A stretch of DNA of 64,000 nt from Longimicrobiales bacterium (GCA_965202985.1 CBDBCF010000001.1:1568001-1632000), one strand, 5' to 3'. Numbered from the stretch's first letter, positions 38,140-48,929 are shown. Numbers and translations are program-made. The notes: generated by a model not told the origin, from the letters alone.

Positions 38140-39180
38140 TTACACGTTGAACCGCACGTGAAGGATGTCTCCGTCCTCCACCATGTAGTCCTTGCCCTCC
38201 ACGCGGACCTTTCCGGCCTCCTTCGCCGCCTTCTCCGAACCGAACTCCGCGAACGCGTCGTAAGGCAGCACTTCGGCTCGAATGAACCCGCGCTCCAGGT
38301 CGCTGTGGATGCGGCCCGCGGCCGCCCGGGCAGTCGTGCCGCGCCGGATCGGCCAAGCCCGGACCTCGTCTTCGCCCGTCGTTAGGAACGAGATCAGGTC
38401 CATCAGCCCATAGGCCGCCCGCACGAAGCGATCCAGCGTCGGTTCGCCCAAGCCCAGGTCGTCCAGAAACGCCTCCTGGTCTTCCGGACCGAGCGCCGCG
38501 ATCTCCGCCTCCACCTGCGCCGACAGCACGATCTCGGCGCCGCCCGAAGCCTCGATCTCGGCGGCAAGCGCAGCGTCCACGGGCTCGGCGGCCCGGTCCT
38601 CGTCCCGATTGACCGCGATCAGCAACGGCAGGTCTGTAAGCAGTCCGTATCCCTTCAGGAACCGCCGGTGCAGCTTCGTCGTCGGCACCCGCCGCAGGGG
38701 CGTTCCCGCCGAAAGCGACTCCGTCATCGTCTCGAAGGCCGCGATCTCGCGGGAGTCGGCGCGCTCCTTTCGCGCCCGGTCCAGACGCCGTTCCACGATT
38801 CCCAGGTCGGCCAGGACGCACTCCTCGCGGAACGCCGCCGCTTCGCCCAGCGGGTCCGGCGCGCCCTCCACAACCGCGCTGGCGAAGTCGCGTACGACCA
38901 GGCACAGGGCCTCTTGGTCGCGAAGGTTCTGCAGGGCGCTCGTGGACAGCACGCGCCCTCCGGCCCCGTGGTCGCCGGGCAAGTCCCGGAAGTTGACGGT
39001 GGCCCAGGTCGTCTTGCGGGGCGAGAACGCCTTGGACAGGGCGTCGACACGGGGGTCGGGGACCTTGACCGTCCCCAGGCGGACCTCCCCGCCGAAGCCG
39101 GCCGGCGCGTCCAGACCGGTCATGGCGTTGAAGAGGGTCGTCTTGCCCGAGCCGGCGAACCCCATCAAGCCGACCTTCAT
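38140..39180 (-). CDS. ychF: YchF/Obg-like ATPase
   Basis: GFAGSGKTTLFNA, VKVPDPR, SFLTTGEDEVRAW, IHSDLERGFIRAE and DGDILHVRFNV. Confidence 0.93.
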   Translation of the reverse strand: MKVGLMGFAGSGKTTLFNAMTGLDAPAGFGGEVRLGTVKVPDPRVDALSKAFSPRKTTWATVNFRDLPGDHGAGGRVLSTSALQNLRDQEALCLVVRDFASAVVEGAPDPLGEAAAFREECVLADLGIVERRLDRARKERADSREIAAFETMTESLSAGTPLRRVPTTKLHRRFLKGYGLLTDLPLLIAVNRDEDRAAEPVDAALAAEIEASGGAEIVLSAQVEAEIAALGPEDQEAFLDDLGLGEPTLDRFVRAAYGLMDLISFLTTGEDEVRAWPIRRGTTARAAAGRIHSDLERGFIRAEVLPYDAFAEFGSEKAAKEAGKVRVEGKDYMVEDGDILHVRFNV

Positions 39181-39420
39181 GCCGACGAGAGCGGGAGTAG
39201 GTGCCGGTGGCGGGTCGAGCAGCGCGTCATGGGCACGTGGTCCTTGTGTGGGTTGCGGGGAGTCGGCGGCCCGGCCCAACGTGAACGCGGGGCCGCAAGC
39301 CGACGAGGGCGAAAGGTACGGAAGATGAACGACACGCGGGGAATCGACGCGGACGCCGCTTCGCCCGGCGGGAAGCCGGTGCCTGTACCGGTGCGGGGGG
39401 ACGTGCGGGACACGCGGGCC

Positions 39421-40749
39421 ATGTCCGTTCACGGGAGTGCTCGGGACGCGTCCGATCGCGGGGGCGTGTCTCGCCGGCGGTTCTTGACGACGGGGGCGGT
39501 TGGGCTGGCCGGGGCCTCGGCAGCAGCGTGCGGACAGTCGGTTCTCCACGCGCCGGAGGTCGCCGACGGGGAGGAAGCGTCCCCCGACCCCTTGAGCCGC
39601 CCGCCAGCGCAACCGGACGACGGCGCATGGACGGCCGCCCGAAGCCGCTTCGCTCTGGAGCCGGACACGACGTACATGAACAACGCCAGCTTGGGGAAGC
39701 CGCCGATCGCGGTCGCACATGCCGTCGCGTCGGGGTACGAGGCCCTGTCCGAGAACCCCTTTCGGGCCAAGGCCGAGCTGTCGGACGTGGTGTCGCGCCG
39801 CGTGGTGCCGGGTCTGGCCGCGTTGCTGGGGGCCGACGCGGACGAGGTGGTCCTGACCCGGAACGCCAGCGAGGCGCTTCACATGGGCGCAATGGGCGCC
39901 GTGCTCCGGCCCGGCGACGAAGTTTTGCTCACCAGCCAGGAGCACCCGGCGGGCCGGCGTCCCTGGGAGGTGCGCGAACGCCGCGACGGCGTGAAGTTGC
40001 GCACGGTCTTCATGCCGAGCCCCCTGGAGAGCGAAGACCAAGCGGCGGAGTTGATCGAAGCGGCCCTGTCTCCCGCCACCCGAGTCTTGGCCTTCTGCCA
40101 CGTCACCCGGGGCGGGCACCTGTATCCGGTGCGCCGGCTGTGCGCCCTGGCCCGCGAGGGAGGAGTGCTCAGCCATGTGGACGGCGCCCAGGCGGTGGGC
40201 ATGTTCCCGGTCGACCTGCACGACCTGGATTGCGACACCTACTCGGCAAGCCTTCACAAGTGGTTCCTGGGCCCCATGGGGACCGGTTTCCTGTACGTGC
40301 GGGCGGCTTCGCGGGAGCGCGTCCTGTCGCTCTTTGCGCCCGGCAGCCCGACGGGTGCGGCAGCCTACCAGCCGCCCGGCACGGCGGACCTGCCGGTCAG
40401 GGCGGCCCTGGCCGCGGCGCTGGACTTCCTGGAGGCCGCGACGCTCGCGGCCGTGGCGAAGCGGACCCGTCACCTCTCGGACCACCTGAAGGAACGGCTC
40501 GAGCAGATGCCCGGCGCGACCCTGCTCAGCGGGCGGGACGCCGCCGTCTCGTGTCCCGGCTCCACCATCTTCGAGATCGCCGGCGTCGACGCCGTGGCCG
40601 CCGTGGAGCGCATAGGCCGGCGGGCCGGCATCCACATCGACGAGCACCAGCGGGACGGCCACAACGCTGTCCGCGTGTCCACCCACGTCTACAACACGCA
40701 GGCGGAGATCGGGCGCCTGGTCGCCGAACTCGCACGGTTGCGCGTCTAA
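39421..40749 (+). CDS. Class V PLP-dependent aminotransferase (cysteine desulfurase/isopenicillin epimerase-like) with Tat signal
   Basis: SRRRFL, YMNNAS, EHP, HVDGAQ, SLHKWFLGP and RVSTHVYN motifs. Confidence 0.9.
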   Translation: MSVHGSARDASDRGGVSRRRFLTTGAVGLAGASAAACGQSVLHAPEVADGEEASPDPLSRPPAQPDDGAWTAARSRFALEPDTTYMNNASLGKPPIAVAHAVASGYEALSENPFRAKAELSDVVSRRVVPGLAALLGADADEVVLTRNASEALHMGAMGAVLRPGDEVLLTSQEHPAGRRPWEVRERRDGVKLRTVFMPSPLESEDQAAELIEAALSPATRVLAFCHVTRGGHLYPVRRLCALAREGGVLSHVDGAQAVGMFPVDLHDLDCDTYSASLHKWFLGPMGTGFLYVRAASRERVLSLFAPGSPTGAAAYQPPGTADLPVRAALAAALDFLEAATLAAVAKRTRHLSDHLKERLEQMPGATLLSGRDAAVSCPGSTIFEIAGVDAVAAVERIGRRAGIHIDEHQRDGHNAVRVSTHVYNTQAEIGRLVAELARLRV

Positions 40750-40778
40750 GTTCCCCGCTTCCCAAGAGAGGTCGCTCC

Positions 40779-41879
40779 ATGTTCAAGCCCCCCGCAAGCC
40801 GCCCCGAGCGCGGCATCCGACGCCCCGGACTCGGCGTCCGACGTCCCGGACGGCCAGCGACGCTGGCGCTGGCCACCGTCGCCAGCACGTGGTTGGCGTC
40901 CTGTCGGCTGGAGCCCAAGGCCGTGCCCGAGTTGCGGGGCGACGAGCCGCCCGAGCCGAGCCATTTCCTGAGCGCCGAGAACACGCACGCTCGGTGGAGC
41001 GCCGCCGTTCCCCCGGTGCTGACCGTTCCTTCGGGCGCCGTCGTGGAGGTTCGGACGAAGGAGGCGTCCGACGGCCAGATCACGCCAGCCACCACGACGG
41101 CGGACCTTGCCGGGCTGGACTTCGGCCTCATCCATCCATTGACGGGCCCCGTCTACGTGGAAGGCGCCCGGCCCGGCGACGTGCTGGCGGTCACGCTGCA
41201 CGAGATCGAGATCGAGGGCTGGGGGTGGGCCAGCATCATCCCCGGGTTCGGGTTCTTGGCGGACGAGTTCGCGGAGCCGTGGCTGCGTGGCTTCGACATG
41301 GCCCCGGGCGTCGCGTCGGTGCGCTTTGCCGAGGGCGTGACCCTGCCTCTGGCGCCGTTCGCGGGGGTCATGGGCGTGGCGCCGGCCACCGACTCCATGC
41401 TGGTCACGATCCCGCCACGGGCGAACGGCGGGAACATGGACAACCGCCACATGACGGCCGGCACGACCGTCTACTTCCCGGTGCAAGTGGAAGGCGCGCT
41501 CTTCTCGATCGGCGATGCGCACGCCGCCCAAGGAGACGGCGAGGTGTCGGGCACGGCCATCGAGGCGCCGATGCGGATCGTTTACGGGGTCGAGGTCCTG
41601 GAGAACACGCGGGGCATGGTGGAGCCGCAGTACGAGACCGAGGACTACTACGCGGTCACCGGGTTCGCCCCAACCATCGACGAAGCGGCGCGGAAGGCGA
41701 CCCGGTACATGATCGACTACTTGACGGCCGAGCACGGCCTCTCGCGCGAGGAAGCCTACGTGCTGTGCTCGCTGGCGGGAGACCTGAAGATCACCGAGAC
41801 CGTTGACGTGCCGCACATGCTGGTGAGCATGCACATGCCCAAGTCGATCTTCGCCGCCGGGCCGAACGCGGGCTCGTAG
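40779..41879 (+). CDS. Acetamidase/formamidase family protein, putative lipoprotein
   Basis: LASC lipobox, HPLTGP..EGARPGD, GGNMD and SIGDAHAAQGDGE motifs. Confidence 0.92.
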   Translation: MFKPPASRPERGIRRPGLGVRRPGRPATLALATVASTWLASCRLEPKAVPELRGDEPPEPSHFLSAENTHARWSAAVPPVLTVPSGAVVEVRTKEASDGQITPATTTADLAGLDFGLIHPLTGPVYVEGARPGDVLAVTLHEIEIEGWGWASIIPGFGFLADEFAEPWLRGFDMAPGVASVRFAEGVTLPLAPFAGVMGVAPATDSMLVTIPPRANGGNMDNRHMTAGTTVYFPVQVEGALFSIGDAHAAQGDGEVSGTAIEAPMRIVYGVEVLENTRGMVEPQYETEDYYAVTGFAPTIDEAARKATRYMIDYLTAEHGLSREEAYVLCSLAGDLKITETVDVPHMLVSMHMPKSIFAAGPNAGS

Positions 41880-41956
41880 CGGGCCCGAAAGTCGCGACGG
41901 GCCGCCGCCGGGGGGCCGTCCGGCGGCGCGTCCGGGATCAGCCGGGACGCCCGGGG

Positions 41957-42745
41957 TCAGCCGGAGCCGGCCGTATCCGCCTCCTCCCACGGCTCTTGCC
42001 GGCAAGACCGGTCGGTCTCCCACGTCACGCCGTCCGCGTTGGTCTTCTCGTGCACGGGGCTGAATCTGCACCAGCTTGTGCCAACATAACCGTAGATCGG
42101 GTCCGCCTTCACGCTGTCGATAGGCGTCCACAGCTTGACCTTCTCGGTCCAGAGCCCGTCCCGCCGGAGCTTGATGACGAACTGCCTCGGTTCTTCCCGG
42201 TAGTAGGGGGCATGGAAGCCGATCGCCATCGTGTCCACTTGGGCGCCTTCCGACATCGAGTGCCAGCCGGCTGCCGGGTGCATCATGTCCGTGTGCTGGA
42301 AGTCGATGTGCACCATTTGGTGGCGCCACCAAAGTCCGAACCAGGGCAAGAAGGGCTTGAACCACACGCCGTCCTTGCCGTTCGTCGGCCGCTCTCGGCT
42401 TGCCGTGTCCGCGGGTGCGCCGTGCACGATCGTCCGTCGCCACAAGGCCATTCGGTCGTGCGTGAACATGGTTGCGTTGCTGTGGTAGAACCACAAGTTG
42501 TGATCTCCCGCCACCACGCGCGCGCTGTCCTTGTCCTCCCAGCGGAACGACCGGACGAATACCGGGAGCTTCACGAGCGTTGCCGGGGGCGATTCGGCGG
42601 CGGCCGCAGCGATCGTTCCTGCGGCGTCTGCCGTCTCGGCGGCGTCCAGGCCGTCCGAGGGACGCTCGAGTGCGACCGGGCTGTCGGCGCAGGTTGCGGC
42701 GACCGTCAAGGCACACGGCACGGCGAGGGCACGAAGGGATCTCAT
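41957..42745 (-). CDS. Hypothetical secreted protein or lipoprotein
   Basis: Signal-like N-terminus MRSLRALAVPCALTVAATC; Trp/His-rich globular body. Confidence 0.65.
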   Translation of the reverse strand: MRSLRALAVPCALTVAATCADSPVALERPSDGLDAAETADAAGTIAAAAAESPPATLVKLPVFVRSFRWEDKDSARVVAGDHNLWFYHSNATMFTHDRMALWRRTIVHGAPADTASRERPTNGKDGVWFKPFLPWFGLWWRHQMVHIDFQHTDMMHPAAGWHSMSEGAQVDTMAIGFHAPYYREEPRQFVIKLRRDGLWTEKVKLWTPIDSVKADPIYGYVGTSWCRFSPVHEKTNADGVTWETDRSCRQEPWEEADTAGSG

Positions 42746-42864
42746 CAGCGCTTGTCGTCTCCTGTGGAGTTCTTGCGGGGCCTGCAACGGTAACGCAGGA
42801 ACGCAGGCGTAGCTAGACAGGGGCCGTACCGGCGGGCCTGTGCCCCTGGAGCGGGGACCGGCGC

Positions 42865-43783
42865 TTCGATCTCGTTCACATCCACGAGATCTGGCTGTAT
42901 CCCAACTACGCGGCTTGTCGCGCGGCGCGGCGACATGGCGTACCCCACGTCGTCGCCGTTCACGGCGAAATGGACGGTCCGCGCCTGCGGAGCAAGCGAA
43001 TCAGGAAGTGGACCTGCGTGCGCGGGGTCCAGGGCGGACTGCTGCGGACGCGGTGCACGCTCTGACCTTCCGGGAAGCCGAGGGGCATTCGCCGGATCGT
43101 GAAAGCGCGTGCGGGTCTTCGTCCTGCCGTTCGGAGTCGATTGTCGGGTCGCGGACGACCGGTCGGGGCTGCCGGCGCTCTACCGTCGCTACCCGGTGTT
43201 GAGAGGGGCGAAGGTCGTTCTGTTCTTGGGGCGACTGGATCGGATCAAGGGCCCCGAGGTGCTGGCTCGAGGCTTCGCGCGGGCGTGCCGCCGGCACCGG
43301 GATGCGGTGCTGCTGTTCGCGGGCCCGGACTACGGCGCGAAGGCGCATGTGGAGAACGTCGTGCGGAGGGCAGGCTTGTCGAACCGAGTCGTCTTCACCG
43401 GGACGATCGACGGTCCAACCAAGGCCGCGGCGCTGGCGGCCGCGGACGTGTTCGCTCTGCCGTCTTATTCCGAGGGCTTTTCGAGTTCGGTGCTGGAACC
43501 TCTGGCGGCCGGCGTGCCCGTGGTCATCTCGGAGCCGTGCGCTTTCCCCCGGGTCGCGGACGAGGTTTGCAGGGCTCGTAGTGCCGATCGAGGAACGGTC
43601 GGTCGCGAGCGCCGTCGAAAGTTTGCTCTCCGACCGCGAGCTCCGCGAGGCGATGGGCGAGAGGGGAAAAGCGTTGGCGCGCGAGTACTCGTGGCCCAGC
43701 CTGGCGGCCCGGATGGCCGACCGCTATCGCGCCGTCGTGGACCAGCGCCACACGCGGGGGAGCGGGGGAACGGCGGCGGCTAG
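42865..43783 (+). pseudogene. Glycosyltransferase family 4, 5'-truncated and frameshifted
   Basis: FDLVHIHEIW..HGVPHVV..HG, LFLGRLDRIKG, FALPSYSEGF..VLE and REYSW segments spread over different frames. Confidence 0.8.
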
Positions 43784-43833
43784 CCAATATCCGCCGGGCC
43801 GACTGGGAGAGCGCCGCCGCCGGGGTCGGCCGG

Positions 43834-44712
43834 CTAATTCGCGTCGTTGCCCTCCGAATCGGTCGGGTGCGGAAGGTCCTGGGCCACCTTGATGACTTCC
43901 CGCCATACGCCTGCGGGCTGGGCGCCGAAAAGCGGCCTTCCCTGCACCAAGAACGTGGGCGTGCCGCGAACGCCCACGCGCGCTCCCGACAGAATTCCGC
44001 TTCGGACCCTGCCCTTGGGCCGCTCTTCTTGGACGCACGCCCGAAACTGCACCGGGTCCGCGCCGGCTTTGACGGCCAGCGACTCGAACACCGAGGATGG
44101 GTCGGCCAAGCCCTTCCAATCCGACTGACGCTCGTAGAGGGCCCGACTGACCTCCGGGAAGAGCCCTTGTTCGCCCGCGCACTCGGCGGCGTAGGCGGCG
44201 GGGAGGCCGTTGGGGAACATGCCGCTCACGTAGGTCACGTACTTCCAGCGCACCACGCCCGCGTCCACGAACTCCTCCATCAGCGTGGGGAATGTCTCGG
44301 AGTGGAAGCGGCGACAGTACCCGCATCCGTAGTCGCTGAACTCGACCACCTTCACCGGCGCGTCCTCGGTGCCGAAGTCGAACCCAATTTCGTCCAGGGT
44401 GAATTCCTGCGCGGGGGCGACGAACCGGGTTCCCTGTTCCGAGAGCATCGACACCGGCACCGACTGGGAAGGCGCGCCGCCGGCTCGCGGACCAGCAGTG
44501 GCACTAGTACTAGCACTACTAGTTGCCTCGCTGTCGCCTTTGCCGCCGCCTTCGTCGCCGGCGGGTGCGCACGCCGGCGCTGTCGTCGCCAGTACCGTCA
44601 GCGTCGCGAGCGTCGAGGCCGTCGCGACCCTCCGGCTCCGCGACCGCGCTTGCCGCAAGGGACTCGTGCTCCCGGCCGGGTCCGGCTTCTCCCGGCGTGC
44701 TTTCCTCGTCAC
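43834..44712 (-). CDS. DsbA-family thioredoxin-fold lipoprotein
   Basis: VVEFSDYGCGYC and GVRGTPTF motifs, APAC lipobox; start uncertain. Confidence 0.85.
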   Translation of the reverse strand: MTRKARREKPDPAGSTSPLRQARSRSRRVATASTLATLTVLATTAPACAPAGDEGGGKGDSEATSSASTSATAGPRAGGAPSQSVPVSMLSEQGTRFVAPAQEFTLDEIGFDFGTEDAPVKVVEFSDYGCGYCRRFHSETFPTLMEEFVDAGVVRWKYVTYVSGMFPNGLPAAYAAECAGEQGLFPEVSRALYERQSDWKGLADPSSVFESLAVKAGADPVQFRACVQEERPKGRVRSGILSGARVGVRGTPTFLVQGRPLFGAQPAGVWREVIKVAQDLPHPTDSEGNDAN

Positions 44713-45655
44713 CCTGTTGCGCTCCTTCGGTTGCGGTCCCATGTGCCGCGGCGTGCGCCTCGGTCCCACCTGTCGCTTCCGGGCGCACCCGCGAAGGCCC
44801 GGAAACATACCCGGATGCGGCTTCCCCCCACAGCCTCTGCACGCGCGGCAGGCGTTCCCGGACGACCACGGTGTCGGCGATCTTGTCGTGGATGGCTTGG
44901 CGGTTAGGGTCCCACCACACGCGGGCAAACCCCAGCAAGCCCGTAGCAGTACCCGCGGCATACCCGCCCGTGCGCTCGAACGCGGCAACCAACCCGAGCG
45001 GCCGTCCATTGAGACGGAGCACTTGCAGACCGAAGGCCCGCTTGCCCGGCGTGCGTCCCTTCCAGAGCGCAAGGAACAACGTCATGTAGACGGTGCCCCA
45101 GCCGAAGACCAATCCCGCTTGGTCGGCGGCGTCGCGCATCCAATCGGAGATTAGGGCGGCCTGGATCTCGGCGGGCGACTCGGGCTCCGCCGGCGACTCC
45201 GCCTCCACTGGCGACTGGGCCGTCGCCGATAGCGTGTCCGCCACCGTGTCGGCCACCACTTGGATGGGTTCCGTCCCGTCCTCCAGCGTGGCCGCGTAAC
45301 GCTGCATCAGCGTGGGAAGCACCATGACGAAGACGACCAGCGGCACCACCACGACGACAGCCCCGCCAACGACCGCCCGCCGTCGCCACGCGGGACCAGA
45401 ACCCAACGGCCGCCGGGCCAGCGCCGCCAAGAAGAAGATGGTGGTGAGACCCAGGAGCACGCGCCAATCCAGCACCTGTTGCAGAAAGACGATCAGCAGT
45501 CCGTCCAGCGTCAGCGCCGCCAGTCGCCGCCACGAGCGCGCCAGTTGAAGGCCGAGGAGTTCGGGCGCGACGGAAAAGGCGTCGGGCGTGACGATGGACC
45601 GAGGGTCTCGCGAAGCGGGGGTTGCCCGGGAGCGGAAGAGTGCCCGTATGGCCAT
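44519..45655 (-). CDS. RDD family membrane protein
   Basis: RRLAALTLD, GRTPGKR..GLQV and RQAIHDKIADTVVV motifs. Confidence 0.88.
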   Translation of the reverse strand: MAIRALFRSRATPASRDPRSIVTPDAFSVAPELLGLQLARSWRRLAALTLDGLLIVFLQQVLDWRVLLGLTTIFFLAALARRPLGSGPAWRRRAVVGGAVVVVVPLVVFVMVLPTLMQRYAATLEDGTEPIQVVADTVADTLSATAQSPVEAESPAEPESPAEIQAALISDWMRDAADQAGLVFGWGTVYMTLFLALWKGRTPGKRAFGLQVLRLNGRPLGLVAAFERTGGYAAGTATGLLGFARVWWDPNRQAIHDKIADTVVVRERLPRVQRLWGEAASGYVSGPSRVRPEATGGTEAHAAAHGTATEGAQQGDEESTPGEAGPGREHESLAASAVAEPEGRDGLDARDADGTGDDSAGVRTRRRRRRRQRRQRGN

Positions 45656-45850
45656 GCGAGAGAGCCGTCGCGAAGCGGGAAGGTGAGGAGATGCGGGGGC
45701 TCGCGGCTCCTGCCCGAAACCGGCCCAAGCGAGTACAATTCTGGGGTTGCCGCGTTCAAGCCGCAAACCAAGGCGCATCGTCGACGAACCGCGTGCCGCG
45801 GAGTGCGGGCCGCGCCACCCGCAAGCCGCCCAGCCGGGAGAGAATCGCCC

Positions 45851-46105
45851 ATGCGTTCCAGGTCGCAGGTCGTGGGCAGCCTAGAGGGCGTCTACCGAGA
45901 AGCGTACGAGAAAGCGGAATCGGCGGGGGACGCCGCTCGCATGGAGAGCCTGGACTTCGGGTTCCAGCGCGACCAGGTCGTGCTCGAAGTGCTTCTGGAC
46001 GTTCGGGACGCGCTCGGAGGGTTGCCGGGAAGCGATTCCAGCGACGAGCCGGGGCTGCTGGACCGGGCCAAGGCCATTCGCAAGTTCACCAAGAAGCTGC
46101 GGTGA
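45851..46105 (+). CDS. Small hypothetical protein
   Basis: RBS, coding bias, GTGA overlap with pduO. Confidence 0.7.
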   Translation: MRSRSQVVGSLEGVYREAYEKAESAGDAARMESLDFGFQRDQVVLEVLLDVRDALGGLPGSDSSDEPGLLDRAKAIRKFTKKLR

Positions 46106-46659
46106 AGCTGTACACGCGGCGGGGCGATCAGGGCGCGACGGGTCTCTTCGGCGGCGGTCGCGTGCGCAAGGACGACGTGCGCGTGGAAGCCATGGGGACC
46201 GTCGACGAACTCAACGCGGCGATCGGCGTGGCCGTCTGCCACCTGGCCAACAGGGACACGCGCGCCCGCCTAGGCCGCGTGCAGGCCGACCTGTTCGTCT
46301 TGGGCGCCCACTTGGCCGCCCCGCCGCCCCGGGGCAAGCGAACCGCGCCCAGCCTTCCCGCGTTTCCGGCCGAGCGCGTGCCGCAGATGGAGTCGTGGAT
46401 CGACGCGGCGTCTTCCCAAACGCCGCCGCTGGACAACTTCGTCCTGCCCGGAGGCGGTCCCGGCGGAAGCCGCCTCCACGCGGCCCGGGCGGTCTGCCGC
46501 CGGGCGGAGCGAAGGGTGGTCGCCCTTGCCGCGGAATCGCCCGCGGACCCGGAGATCCTGCGCTACCTGAACCGGCTCTCGGACTACCTGTTCGCGGCGG
46601 CGCGACTGGAGAACGCCCGCTCCGGCGGAAAGGACGCGATATGGCGCGGCAGCGGGTAA
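46102..46659 (+). CDS. pduO: ATP:cob(I)alamin adenosyltransferase, PduO type
   Basis: KLYTRRGDQG.T, GTVDELNA, FVLPGG, CRRAER and YLNRLSDYLF motifs. Confidence 0.94.
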   Translation: MKLYTRRGDQGATGLFGGGRVRKDDVRVEAMGTVDELNAAIGVAVCHLANRDTRARLGRVQADLFVLGAHLAAPPPRGKRTAPSLPAFPAERVPQMESWIDAASSQTPPLDNFVLPGGGPGGSRLHAARAVCRRAERRVVALAAESPADPEILRYLNRLSDYLFAAARLENARSGGKDAIWRGSG

Positions 46660-47516
46660 TCCACGAACGCGCGGAGACGACGCCGCCTCACGGAGACGTG
46701 ATCCGGCTGGACGTTCGACGGCCCGCGGAACGGTTGCCCGACTCGGCGGTGCTCGTGGCCCACGGCTTCAAGGGCTTCAAGGACTGGGGCTTCTTTCCTT
46801 ATCTGTGCGAGCGGCTGGCCGCGGACGGCCACTGGGTCGCGTCGTTCAACTTCTCGCTGAACGGGGTCGGCCCCGGCCTAACCGAGTTCAGCGATCTGGA
46901 CGCCTTCGGCAGGAACACGCTCAGCCGCGAGATCGAGGACCTTCACTGGATGCTGGACCGCTTGGCCGACGGAACGTGGAGCGGAGGGACGCCGCCGCGT
47001 GCGACGGGTCTTCTGGGTCACAGCCGGGGCGGCGGGGCAAGCATCGTGGCTGCCGCCGAGCGGAACCAAGGCCGACGGGGCGGGGGCGGTTGCAGGGTGG
47101 CTTCGCTGGTCACGTGGGCCGCGATCTCCACCTTCCAGCGGTGGACCGAGGACCACGCCAGGGACTGGGAGTCCAAGGGCGTCGCCTACGTGACGAACGC
47201 CCGCACCGGCCAGGAGATGCCGCTCTACCGCACGCTCCGGGACGACGTGCTGGCCAACCGAGCTCGGCTGGACGTCATGGCCGCCGCGGCCCGGGTTCGG
47301 GTCCCGTGGCTGGTGTTGCAGGGTTCGGAGGACTCGGCGGTGTCGGCGGACGAGGCCAGGGCGCTTGCGGCGGCGGGACCGGCGGCCGCGCTGCGGATCC
47401 TGGACGGCTGGGGCCATACCTTCGGGGCGGTGCACCCCATGGAGGCGCCGCCGCCGGGGTTGGAGGAGGCGGTGGCCGCCACCGTCCAGCACTTTCGGGA
47501 GTCGCTGCTGGGCTAG
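46641..47516 (+). CDS. Alpha/beta hydrolase
   Basis: HGFKGFKDWGFFP, nucleophile elbow GHSRGG, D and GHTFG. Confidence 0.9.
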   Translation: MARQRVIHERAETTPPHGDVIRLDVRRPAERLPDSAVLVAHGFKGFKDWGFFPYLCERLAADGHWVASFNFSLNGVGPGLTEFSDLDAFGRNTLSREIEDLHWMLDRLADGTWSGGTPPRATGLLGHSRGGGASIVAAAERNQGRRGGGGCRVASLVTWAAISTFQRWTEDHARDWESKGVAYVTNARTGQEMPLYRTLRDDVLANRARLDVMAAAARVRVPWLVLQGSEDSAVSADEARALAAAGPAAALRILDGWGHTFGAVHPMEAPPPGLEEAVAATVQHFRESLLG

Positions 47517-47525
47517 GCTGGGTCG

Positions 47526-48929
47526 CTAGCGCCCCGTGCGTCGGCCCGCCCTGGTGTAGACCAAGATCACGCCGTTGGCCGATCCAGCCCCGAAGAGGTT
47601 GCCGGCCTGCAGCGGGCGGTAGACGACGATGCGGTCGATCGCCTGGGGCGGCATGCCCATGACGGCCTCCGGGGACGAGACTCGGGCGTTGTCCACGAAG
47701 AACACGGCGTTGGTGCAGTCGGCCTTCATGATCCGCGCCTGCCCCGGGGTCGTGCCCACGCACAACGCGCCCGACGCCGTGCGCCGAACGACCACGCCGG
47801 TCATGTGCTGCAGCCGGAGCACGTCCGCCAAGTCCCGTGCCCGGTGCCGAACCTCCTCGATCCGATGTCGCGACACCACGTGCCCGCCGGCCGCCACGAC
47901 GTCCATGTCGCCGATGGCCTGCACGGACACCTCGATCGGGTCCAGGGCGATCGGCTGCATGCTCATGGACATGGCGACCGAGACCGCCGTCCCGCTCCCG
48001 ACGCTCACCGACTCGGAGCGCTCTCCGTAGGCCATGTGGGTTGCGCGAAGCGTGTACTCGCCGGCCTCCACCGACGGCAGGCGGAAGGTGCCGCCGGGGC
48101 CGGAAACGGTGCCGTAGGACGTACCCGCAAGCCGAACTTCGGCGCCTTCGACGGCCCAGCCCCGATCCTGGTCGGTCAGCGTGCCCGAGATGGCGCCGGG
48201 TTGCAGGACCGCGGCCCGAAACGCGATCCAGCTTCGTTCCCCCGGCTCCAGGACGACCTCTCGCCGGCCGGCCGAACGGTTGAGGAACCGCGCCGCGACG
48301 CCCACGGACACGCCGGCGGGAGCCCGGCAGAAGCGATACCAGCCCCTGGAGTCGGCCACGGCCTCCAAGGTGCGGCGCTGCTCGGGGGCCTCCGTCCACG
48401 ACAAGCGGACCGTGGCGCCGGGCAAGGGAACTCCCGAACCGTCGTCACCCACGAAGCCCACGGCCACCGCCGAGTCCGTGCTCGTGCCCTCCAGCGCGCA
48501 CGTGGCCGCAAGGATCGTGAAGGGGGAAGGCGTGGCCAGCGCGACCTCGGTGGCGGCGCCCGCCGCGACGACCGCGTCGGTTCCGGGGGCCGAAACACCC
48601 AGTTCCAGGAGCAGGTCGTGCACGAAGGCGACGCGGTAGGCGCCCGGGGGCAGTGCCGGAAAGCGAAAGGCGCCGGCGCTGTCGGTGGTGGTTCTGTGCG
48701 CGGTGTTCCACAGGACGACGCGGGCGTCGGCCAAGGGGGCGGACGAAATGGAGTCGAAGACCGTTCCCGCCAAGACGCCGGGCCGGGCCGTCTCCTGGCC
48801 TTGGGCCGGCCGCGCGAGGCCGCGGGTGCCGGGCGCCAGGGCGTTGAGCGCCGCCGCAGCCAGGACCGCGCACAGCAGCAGGCGACCGCCCGGTCGGCAG
48901 GAACGCGAGCGCTTCGAATGTGGCGTCAT
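47526..48929 (-). CDS. Secreted protein with repeated carboxypeptidase-regulatory-like domains and a C-terminal TonB-plug-like domain
   Basis: Three transthyretin-like repeats (GTVFDS..PLADARV, ..PLPGATV, ..AVEGAEV); C-terminus [21 protein letters not shown]. Confidence 0.75.
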   Translation of the reverse strand: MTPHSKRSRSCRPGGRLLLCAVLAAAALNALAPGTRGLARPAQGQETARPGVLAGTVFDSISSAPLADARVVLWNTAHRTTTDSAGAFRFPALPPGAYRVAFVHDLLLELGVSAPGTDAVVAAGAATEVALATPSPFTILAATCALEGTSTDSAVAVGFVGDDGSGVPLPGATVRLSWTEAPEQRRTLEAVADSRGWYRFCRAPAGVSVGVAARFLNRSAGRREVVLEPGERSWIAFRAAVLQPGAISGTLTDQDRGWAVEGAEVRLAGTSYGTVSGPGGTFRLPSVEAGEYTLRATHMAYGERSESVSVGSGTAVSVAMSMSMQPIALDPIEVSVQAIGDMDVVAAGGHVVSRHRIEEVRHRARDLADVLRLQHMTGVVVRRTASGALCVGTTPGQARIMKADCTNAVFFVDNARVSSPEAVMGMPPQAIDRIVVYRPLQAGNLFGAGSANGVILVYTRAGRRTGR

